In this document: one piece after another, positions 50,301 to 62,300 of the stretch | How positions within the stretch are numbered: position 1 is the first letter of the stretch | Layout: every line of letters starts with the position of its first letter | Source: a virus | Direction: 5' to 3' (one strand) | Virus record (IMG/VR): IMGVR_UViG_3300031669_000012 | Coordinates: 3,008 to 67,007 of that record | Length of the DNA: 64,000 nt | The notes under the pieces: generated by a model | What the model was told of the DNA's origin: nothing | Database searches by the model: none | Seen by the model: only the letters and a program-made list of their open reading frames with translations | Position numbers and translations under genes: made by a program

Positions 50301-53300
50301 GAGGGGCATGAAACTATTGCTAATGAGATAGAAAAAAAGAATAAAGAATTAGATAAATGGAATGATACTAGTTATGTAATATCTCATGATTTAGAAGACA
50401 AAACTAAATTTGATTGGTGGGATAAAGAAGGTGATAATATGACCTATCATTATTATAAATTAAATGATAAATATTATAAATCAGGAACATTAATTAGTAA
50501 AGATGAATTTGAAAATAAATACAATGAGTTATTACAAAATGATAAAGATAAATTTGAAAATAATAAACAAGAAAATATAGATAGAATAACTAAAGAAAAA
50601 CAAGAACTTAAATCACAAGGAATAGAAAAACTTAAACCTATTGAAGCATTCTATGAAATTAAAGTAGGTAATATATTAGAAAAACAATTTGGTAAAGATA
50701 ATATAAAGACTATTACTGATGAATATGGTAATCAATGGCGAGAAATTACTTTAGATAAAAATAGAGATTTAGAAGATATTATGTTTCCAAAAAATAGTGA
50801 AGATATTTCATCTAATTCACTTCCTTATACACCTGATTATAAATTTCATCAACATGAAATAAATCATACTAATAAATTAATATCTCGTATTGCAATTGAT
50901 ATTCTACCTGAATTAAAGAATCTTAAAGTTGAAGATTTGGCTAATAATATTTCAGTTAAGAATTCAATTATAAGTGCTCTGCAAACAATTTTAAATAGTA
51001 AGATTGACAATAATTCTATTACTAACAGTCAGTTAGAATTTGTAAATAAAGTAATAGATGATCTTAAAATGAAAGATAGCGAGATTTATAACAATTTCAA
51101 ATTATATTTCAATTCAAATTACAATATTAAAATTAATGATCTTGAAGATCTTACTGATGAAAATGGGAATGTTACAGATGAAATAACTAAGGCTTGGGCA
51201 GATGAAGGTCAATTAGAAGAAAATCTTATGGATAAAGTTTCTAACTTTATTAAATTTAAGATTGCTAATTTAAGAAATGTTCCATCTGAATTAAGTGGAA
51301 TCAGTGATGGTGTGGATATAAATGAAATTTGGAGTGTTCTTCAAACAGTTCATGCGAATGATATTACTCCTGAGGATTATATGGATACTTTAGATGTGAT
51401 ATCTAAATTGAATGAGACACTGATTCCTTTGAAATCTCTTATCTTAAGTGATGAGATATTTAAGAATGCTTATATTTCAACATTCAAGAAATCTATAAAT
51501 GAAACTTTTGCTATAACATTTGAAAGCGAAAATAAGAAAATTCTTGCTGACTACGCTATTCAAAATAGAAATAGTTTCCCTAGCAATGTATTGTACGATA
51601 AGTATCTTTATTCACTTAAATATTTTACTCAACATGGCGATACTGCTAAGTTCAATACAATATTGAAACAGATTAAAGATAGAATTAAGAATGATAATAG
51701 TAAGATAACTTCATTAGAAGCAAGTCGTTTGCTTGAAGCAATGGGTATAAATATTCCTGCTATTGGATTAGATATCATAAATGAATACAAACTTAAGTTT
51801 TTAAATTCAAATATCGAACAATTAAAATCTACAATTGGAGTGGATACTACTCCTGCAGAATTAAATAAAATAAATAAAGACATTGAAGATCTTCAATATC
51901 AAAAGGAAAATGCTAGATTCTTAAATATAGCAAATCCTATTGTAAAACTTGCTGAGAATATTTCAGAAATGATTAAGGATGAAAAAGTTAAATTTGATTC
52001 AAGAGGAGATTTAAGAAAAATTGCAACAATATCTTCGATTGTAAATAGTCATAAAGGAGATTTCTCATTCCTTGATGTGAATGGTAATAAACGTTTTAGT
52101 GTTGATTATCCAAGTTTTATAACTGATATGTTTAAAGAAGCATCTGCTTCTACACTTGGAATACAACAAGCGTTTGGTAAATATATTGAAATATCTAAAA
52201 ATAAATATTCAAATTGGTTAGTAAATACTGCTGGTAAAAATACTCCAAATGGAATATTTAATCTTGATGAAACAGGGCAAATTAATAAATTGAATCCTGT
52301 AAATGTATCATTCTTTTCTAATAAGTTTGCAATATCATTCTTTAATGGTATTAAGAATCTTACAGAAGAGAAAGGTTCTACTTATGACGAGATGGTTCAA
52401 GGTCTTTGGGATTATGCTACAATAGTATCATTTTTAACTGGAGATTATAATAGTAAAGGTGAACAAGAAACTGCTTATTACAGAATTCCTTCATCGGATA
52501 GTCCTAGAATGCTTACAATTAAAGCTCCTGTGTTTACTGTTACAGATTTAATAAAATATGATACTAATTTTAAAGTAGTAGGACTTAATAAAGAACATTC
52601 TACATTTCAAACATTGAGAAATACAATGCTTCAGGAATTAGAAGAAGCATATGTTGCGAGAGATGCAATTTACGATCCTATTTTAAAAGATGGTAGAATT
52701 ATAGGTTTTAAACCTAAAGAATTATATGATGCATCTAATCCAGAGAATGCTCTTCATACATTACACGATGTTAAACATTGTAAATTAAATGGAGAAGAAA
52801 TTCAAATATTAGATAATAATAAAATGCCAATTGGTAGAGTTTATAAAATGACAAATTTATCTTATAAGGTAGATGGTAAAGAATATACTTTTGAAGATTA
52901 TCTTAAAGAGAAATATAAAACTTTAAATCTACTCACATATAATAATTTTGAAGAAGCTAAAGCATCTTTAAAAACATCTATGGATGAATTTATTGATACA
53001 ACTATTACTAAACGTATTAATGACAATACTAATAATTTTGAATCATTACGAGAAATAATTGGTAACACTTCATTACGTGTTCCCGGTAGGAAAAGAGAAA
53101 GTAAATCTATAATTAATTCTGATAAGGATTTTAATGATATTGTTGCTAAATTTACAGTTAATGATTATTTAGCAATGGTAGAAATAAATAATATGTTTCT
53201 TGGTAATAATTCCGAATATGGTTCTTCTGATAAATGGAACAAACGTGTTGGACAAGGAATTAAAAAAGGGCAACAATTAAATTCAGATAGACTTTTCAAT

Positions 53301-56300
53301 GCATTAACTGTAAATGATATATTTTACGATAGTCCTATCTTCAAACAAATTGAAGAAGTATCTGGTAAAACTGTTGCCAATATGTTTAAACATATCGATG
53401 CAAGTGATGCTTTTTCATATATTACAATTGAAGAATATGAACATCGTTTAAGAGAAGCAGGTATAATTGAATCATACAAACCTATACTTGAAGCATTAAA
53501 GAATAGAGATGTTGCTTTCAATCCTGCACTTTATAATAAGTTTTTAGAATCTTTGAAATTCTTTTATTATGATAGAGATGTAAAAGAACTACCATATAAA
53601 CAAATGGTTAGTGTTCAGCAAAAGAATTCAACTATGGTTCTTGCTCCTGCATTAATAAAGAATACAGATCTTGAAAACTTATATAATGATATGAAATTAA
53701 ATAATGTTGATCAAATAAACTTTAAATCTGCTGAAAAAGTAGGTGGAACTGTTCCAGTTGATATATTTAAAAATGGTAAATATGTTCCATTAAGTTCTAG
53801 TATTGTTGAACAAGAAGTAATTCCTTCTAAAGTTAGTGGTTTGAAATTACAATTGGAAGTTAAACCTCATCTTATGGATGAAGTAAATAAACTTGCAATT
53901 CAACTTTCTAAATCTATTTTTACAAATGTTCAACTTGAAAATGAAATTTATAAAATAGGAGACGAAACTGTTTCAGGACAAAAGTTGTTCGATGATTATA
54001 ATAAGATTCTTGCAACAAATATTAAAGAAAGTGCTTTAGGACTTTTAAAGAGTTGGGGAGCAGTTCAAAATGGAGAAATTAGAAGTGATGAAAATGGAAA
54101 TATAATTGTAGATATCACTAAAATATCTAAACAACTTCTTCAATATGTAATGAATGAGTCTTTAGATAATAATGCTTTAGCAGCTGTTAAGATGACAGAC
54201 ACAGGTGAATCTGCAATGCCTATTTATGCACCAATTCATTATAAGAAATTCTCATCAATTCTATTAAGTAAGATTACTAAAAATATAATTGAACAAAAAC
54301 TTCCTGGATTTCATAGTCCTATTGTTCCTAATGTTTTATTCAATCCTTCTAATGTTTCAAGTGACAGTAAGATGGATATGAAAGAACTGGTTGAAAAAGG
54401 ACAAATAACTTATTTAAATTCTGTTAAGGAAGATATAATTGCAGGTAAAAGAACTTCTAATCTTAAATATGAGATAGTTGAAAAAGAAGATGGTAAGCAT
54501 CTTGAAGTTGAATGTGTTGTTAATCCTTGGGATTCTAAGTTCATAAAATATGATGAAAAGCATAATCCGATTGGATATATGGATATTAATGATATTCCTG
54601 AAGAGGCGCTTCATTTATTAGGCATTCGTATTCCTGTTGAGGGAAAACAATCAATGGTATATTTTAAAGTTGTAGGTTTTCTAAATAGTGGTGCTACTCA
54701 AATTGTATTTCCTTCAGAACTTATAACTCAAACTGGATGGGATTTTGATATTGATAGTTTGTTCGCTTATACTAAAAATCTTGAGTTCAATAAAGATGGA
54801 AAACTTCAAGTTGTAAAATATTCAAATGACAATGAAGAATTATTCAATGCTTGGAAAAGAGATAGACTTGCAACTAATCTTGCGTCTCTGACAGATAATG
54901 ATCGTGCAGAAATACACAATCTTAAAAATATTGCTGGGGATATTCGTGAGGGTATGGATAGTATATTTAAAACTGAAATACAATCTCATCATGCAAATCT
55001 TGAAGGGATGTTTAAATTTCAGAATGATTATATTGAAACAGTTTTAAATGATCTTAAAGATGAATTTGAAATTGAAAGATCTAGTAAAACTTCTGATCCT
55101 GATGCAATGACTATTGATGATACTAAAATTCATGATTTGGTAGATCTTAAGAATCAACTTCTTAAATTTGCAGATAATTATGATATCGATGCTAGTTTTG
55201 GAAAATATATTGATGGAGTTAGATTGGAAATTCAAAACTTCAATAATAAAATCAATAGTGACACTGAAAATATAAAGAAATCTTATGATGATTTAAATAA
55301 TCTTAAAATAGGAAAACAATCTATAGAAGCTCGAATTGATAAACTTTATCATAAAATATTTGATAACCTTAGCTTTGAAGAAAAACATACGCTTGCTAGT
55401 AGACAAAATAGAATCGTTGATACATTCACTTCAATTCTTAATAATCCTGCACATCTTGCAGAGAAAATTAAGCCTAATGAAATGCAACATAGTATTAACG
55501 CTGCTAATCTTGTAAATGAATTATATCAAACTGGTGCAAAAGGACTTAATCCTAACTTCTATGAAGATTATAATCTTTTTAGAAATATCAATATGTCTAT
55601 TAGAGCACTTAAAGGTAATTCTGTTGGATGGGATTCTATTATGTCAATTATGGGAGTTCTTGGAGTTAAATTTAGAGAAGGTTCTTCTGTTAAATTTAAA
55701 CTACATGAAAGTTATCTTCCTAAGAATTTTAAAATTGAAGATGCTAAATCAAAAGTTTTAAATGTCACTAAGAAAGGTGGATTTTATACATTTGATATAA
55801 ATACTTTGTTTAACAATGAATCTAAAACTTGGACAGATATTTTAGATGAAAATATCACAACTCAATATTCTGAAACAACTTCTCATATTTTAGATGCTGT
55901 TACAAAACTATTAGGATTCAATCTTAATATTCATACTTTACCAGTATACAAACTTATATCATCTCTTCCTTTTAATTCTCAATATGAATTTAACGGAGTT
56001 AGAGAAAATAATAGATTCGTTGTTCCTAATTTATTAATTCACCAGCCTATAATATTAGAATATGTTAAAGGAATTATTGATAAAAATATTACAACCAGTG
56101 TTAATAAGAAATCGATTCAACAAGATATAATGAATGACTACATTGCTAGAATGCTGGTTCAAATGAGACCTATTTTAGACAACGCAGTTGTAAATTTGAA
56201 ATCGAAATATAATAAAGACACCTATAAATATAGTGCTAGTCCAGATGATCTAAGATCTATAATGAAAACTATATATTATAATATAGAGGCTCATGGTGGA

Positions 56301-59300
56301 TATTCTAGTTTTTCAAATGGTATTTTAACAACTAGAGTTGCTACATTACTTCAAGTATATTCTGATTATACTGAACATGAAATAGAATTGGGAACGAATC
56401 CTATAATTCCAGATATTGGGGAAATGATACAAAGTATTAAAGATAGAAGTTCATTTGTAAATGTTATAAATTCGTCATATGTTCCTAAACTTAATTCTGA
56501 GCAATCTATAACTGGTAAAGATGTTCAAAGTATTGATTTACAACGTGAAGGAATTAAAACTGCATTGATTCAAAGAGATAAACCTAAATATAAAGAAGGT
56601 GATAATGTAACGTTTGGAAATGATAATATTATATATCATATTGATTCAATGACAAGAACTAGTTTGAGTTCTAAAACTTCAGAAGAAACTTTATCTAAAA
56701 TTGCTACTGCTGAAGGAACAAATCTTACATTTTTAAAGAAAAGAGTTGACTCAGGTTCTATGGAAAATGGTGTTTATTTTGTTAAATTCCATAAAACTGA
56801 TATGACTACAGCAAACAAAGATGCAATAAATTATTTAGCAACACAACTTCAAACATTGCACACATATTCCTATTTAGATGGTATTGCTCAAGGTGTGATT
56901 GCTTACAGTGCAATATTAAATGCAGATAAAAAGAAAGTTGGACCAGATACAAGTATTTCTGATCTAAACGAATATAGAATGAGAAATATACTTGTAGATA
57001 AAGCTAATCTTAAAGAACATCTTCTTAAAAATGGGTATAAAACAAATCAAATAAATGAAATAAATAGAGTATTAGATTCTCTTCCAACTAATGAAATGAT
57101 TCCTTTTCTTGAAAATGAAGTTGGATATTCTGCTCCATCAATTCTTACATTGGATGATCATAGTTTAATTGAATCTGTATACGAAGCTTTTAATACTGAA
57201 GAATCTAAATATCCTATATTGAATGCATTTTATGAAAATGGACAAAGGCTTAGTCAAAAGTTAATGGCTAATCTAAGTATTTATGACAATGATAAATTTA
57301 AAGAATTTAAAAATAGCTATTTAGTAGGGATTTCAAATAATACTCAATTGACTGACACAAATGAGAGAATAAATAATTTCTTTATAAACTTCATGTTAAG
57401 AGATTTAAATCTATTTACATATGATAATGAAAATTCATTTGAATTAAATAAGGATGTTGCTACAAAACAATTGAGAACTAGAATTAATTCTTTTAATAGT
57501 TCGTATGAAGATAATCATAAAACTTTAGAATTGACTCCTGAGAATTTTGAAGCATTTCAACAACTAACTCTTTCAAATAAGATTAGATTGATTCAAGACA
57601 ATCCTGTATATAAAGAGTATTTTAATAATCCTACATTTGAAAATAATCATATATTGAACGTTTTGAATATTCAAGATGATAAAGATATAATAGAATCTAA
57701 AGGTAGAATCTTTATAAAAATTGGTGATACAAGTGATGCAAATATGACTTCTTTCTCAATGAAAGATATGTATTTTAAAGATCCATTTCTTAGAGATATA
57801 GTTACGGATTTAACTAGATATGCTTATTTCAATTTTGGATTAAGTTTTGGAAACAATCTTTCTAAATTTATTCCTGTTGAATTACTTACAAATCCTAAAT
57901 CTAATTTAGGAGAATATGGAGATGCATTGAAAGGTGTTAAAAGTCAAATATTTTCACAAATGTTTGATCCTGATTTTAAACAACTTCTACACCAATCCAA
58001 CATAGATAATACAAATATAAATCCAATTGCTTATAGTCCAACAAAAGTTATTCCGGGTAATGTATATGCTAAATTTAAATTAGTAAAAGCTGCAATTCCT
58101 TTAGGAGATACACATCTTATATTTGAAACAAATGAAAGCCTTGCATTCCATAATTTAGCAATGAAAGATTATATTGTAAAACTCATTGGAGAAGATAAAG
58201 TTCTATTTAAGAAGATGGCAATGAGATTAGAAAATGGTGATAATCTCTATGTATATTATCCTATTGAAAGTCATGATATGTATGAATTTACTGATGCAGC
58301 AAACAATAGGAATAGAAGATATAAAGAAGGAGCAAGTGAATTTGTTATAGCTCCTGAAGAATTTTATAAAGGAATGCAAGAAATGTATGATCCTTCTGTA
58401 TTATTGCAAATATACAATGATACAAATAATATTAAAGTTGAAACAAATATGGATACCCCTGAAAAGAATTCTGTAGATTTGGAAACTCATAAAGACGAAT
58501 CTACATCTACATGGAGTAATAAATTTAAAGAAGAAGGTAGACAAGTATTCTATATCTATAATGAAAATAAAGATTTTTCATTAAATATTCTAAAAAACAG
58601 CAATGAAGTAGGGGAGATACGTGCAACAGATTATAACGATATTGTTTCTAATTTGAATATTAATAGTAATAAAATTGTATTAAGTTTTGGACAAGACTTT
58701 AAAAATAAAGATGCAGCTGTAACAGCAATTGCTTTTATACATAGTATGTATCCTGAAGTAAATGTAGGAATTTTAAATAACTCAAATTTGACTAGTGAAA
58801 TAGTTAATGAAAAAGTTAATAGTTTAAACGTATTTAATTCTAATACACTTGGAAGATCAATAGAGCAATATAGTGAGGACTTAGGTTTCGATGTATCTAC
58901 AAAATTAGATATTCATAATGCTAGTGAAACAATGCTGGGAATGCTTGAAAACAATCTCAGATTAAAAAATATGTTTCAAAATAGAAAACTTACTTTTGCT
59001 AAAGAATTGAATACACTTGATGATAAAATTATTAAGAGTAAAATTGGTGAGGAACTCAATAAAGATAATATATCTTCTATATTGGAAGGTATGGATATGG
59101 AGATAGGAATATTTACACATATTAATAAAACACTTTCTACAATTGGAAGTGAGTTTAAAGGTATCAATACCGATGAATTATATAAAAAGGGTGAAGAATC
59201 TAAAGTTGAATTTGTAAGTAGATTAAAAGAAGCACAAGCAATAAGTAGTATGTATGATTATATTGATAGACTTGATAAAATATCTTTAAGTAGTGCTAGA

Positions 59301-62300
59301 GAAGAAGATAGTTCAACTATCGAAATGATAAATAGCAGAATTGCTAAATTGAAGGAGATGAAAGAAGAGAGTGCAAGAGATAGAAAACAAGTTAAAGAAG
59401 CTGTAGATACATATCTTGCAACTATAATTTATAATACTAGTAGAAATAGTAAATCTTTTAATACTGCTTTTGAAAAGGCAAGAGAAGGAATAGATACAAG
59501 CATAACTAAAGAAGAGTTAGCAGAGAATATGATAAAGATGTTAAGAAATAATGAAGATATTAGTGGAGCTATGTTATGGTTTGATAGTTCATTTAATACA
59601 GGTATCGCAATGGTAGATAATACCATGCTTGAATATTTTAAATACATGGGTGCTAGAGATGAAATGCGTGATTCAATGATAGATGATGTTAATGAACTTA
59701 TGAAGAAGTTGACTCCGGGAGTTGAAAATGTATTAAGTCATCACAATAAAGCTAAAAGAACTTCAAACTTTACTACTACAATGTTTGATAGTAAAAATGG
59801 AACATTGATATCTAAATTTAAATGGGAAGATTATAGACAAGCAGAAAGAGAAGCATTGAAAGCATTTTCTGAATCTATGAAAAGAATAGATGCTTTAACT
59901 ATTGAAAATGATAATCTTCTCAAATCTGTAGACCCTATGGAAGAATCTGAAGAAAATACAACAATTAATAAAAGAAGTAGTGATCTTGTTAAACAAATGG
60001 AAGTCATAAGAAGAAATGCACAACAGAACCTTAAAAAGTTTTATAATGAAAATAGAAGTCAAGAATCATTGACAACTGAAGAAGCTACTGAATTAGATTC
60101 TCTTCTTGCAAATAATAGTCCTAAAATTGTCAATAAATGGTTGAACAATCATCATGTTAAAGAATATAAGGGAAAATATTATAAAATTATTCCATCTGAT
60201 AAATATCTGAATGAAGATTATGCTAAGATGAAAGATAGTGATAAAGAGATATTGGATGGAATTAAAAATGTTATTGCCAAGATAACAAAGACTTGTTATG
60301 GATTTGAAGTTAGTGATGATTTCTTTCCAATTAATTTAAGTCAAACTGCTACTAGTGCAATAAAACAAGTTGTTGGATATAGACGAATTTATGAAACTCA
60401 AAAAGAATTAGGATTAAACGATGAAGAATATTTCAAGCATGAATTCCCAATGTTTAATTATGTTGAGTTTCATCCTATATATAAAATAAGGCCTAGACGA
60501 ATAGGTGAAGATTTCGAAGAATATGAAGATAAGGTTGTAAAATCAATTAACTACAAACATAAACTTAAAGGTGAACAAGCCTTTACTTCATTAGAAGAAA
60601 TACGAACTGCAAATTTAAAGAATTCAGATTTGAATAAGAGAGATACAGTTGAGAATATGACTGCTGATCCATATGAAGCTTTAAAACTATTCATATATCA
60701 GAGTGCTAATTTTAAACATACTGTTGATTTTGAAACTTTGTTTGGACTTCTTTTAGATAGAGTTAAGAGTGATGATTTCTCAACAACTCAAACAAGAATG
60801 AAGGGGACAGGAGTTGTAAATACACTTGGAAGTTTATTGAAAGGAGAACGAGATTATAAAACTGTAAAAGGACAAGATACAAATGTAGCAAAACGTTTGG
60901 AAACATTCTTATCAACTCTTAATGGAGAACATAATGTTAGAAATAGAGTTGAACAAGTTTTAGCAATTGCTAAACAATATACTTCTCTCACATACATGTC
61001 TTTAAATGTTACAGGTGCTATTAAAAACATAGGTCAAGGTTATATGAATATAATGCAAGAAGCATTTGCAAAAGAATTTATATCTCATAAAGATATTGGA
61101 TGGGCAATAAAAAATTATAATATTACAAAGATAGTTGCTTCATTAGGTGAAGAATATTCGGATGATATAAATACAGCCATTATGAAACGTTTTGGTAATA
61201 TGTTGGAGTTGAAAAATGAAAACGGTTTTGAAACTAATATTGCTGAAAACAATGCTCATAGAATTCTAATGTCTGTAAATGCGATGTATTTTCTTAATAG
61301 TGCTGGTGAACATTTTATGCAATTTACTACACTACTTGCTGCAATGAGATCACATAGAGTTCTAAATGGAGTATTTGTTAACTTCAATGAATTTTATAAT
61401 GACAAACGTAAACAAGTTTTAGGAACAATTTTAAATAAAGAACAGAAAGAATCTTTAGATAAATATCTTGATTATATGAATAAGAATAATCCTAGACATA
61501 GTGATAATCCTGACTTCATTGCAAGATGGATGACTAATAATAATTTGACAGATGTTCAGAAAACTGAATATATTCAAAAGATTAAAGAAGCTGAAAAAGC
61601 TGCAAGAGAAGAATTTGATAAACTTGAAACAGTATATGATCAATACGAATTGAAAGATGGTAGAGCAGTTATAAAAGAAGGAAGTAAATTTACTGATGAT
61701 CAATCTGTTATGTTTGAAAGACGTGTTCAACAGTTAAATCATAGTATTCATGGTATTTATAATCAAATTGATAGATCTAAATTACGTAATAGCCTTTTAG
61801 GAGATATGGCAATGCAATTTAGAGCATGGATAAGACCTAACTTTGTTAGATATTTTGGGCAAAGGTGGGGAAGAAGTGTTTATAATGAAGCATTGGGAAG
61901 TTTTAGAAAAGGTGCATGGAATAGTATGCAGGATTTTATAACATCTCCATTTAAAATGGCTAAATACAATAGTAGAGAACTAACAAGTAAACAAGCTTTT
62001 GTAAATATTATGAAAGCTTATGGTGAATTCTTTGCTAATCTTAGATTTAATTATAGAGCAATGAATATTCAAGATAGACAAAATATTCGTAGGAATATGG
62101 GTAACTTTATAAATATTGCAATGTCTATTGCAGGACTTCTATTACTAAATGCATTATCAGATGATGATGAAAAAGACAATCCTTACATGTTGTCATTTGC
62201 ATTATATGAATTGAATGCTTTATATAATGAACATACTGAATTACTACCCGGTATAGGTTGGTATAAAAGTATTATACAAGCTAAACAATATCTTACTCCT

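Noticed and set aside
8219-61730. Many 60-156 aa antisense or alternate-frame ORFs inside long plus-strand genes (e.g. 37358-37828, 46557-46988, 39370-39741)
   Set aside because: They show the F/L/I/S-rich composition typical of shadow ORFs opposite AT-rich coding DNA, with no start context or motifs.
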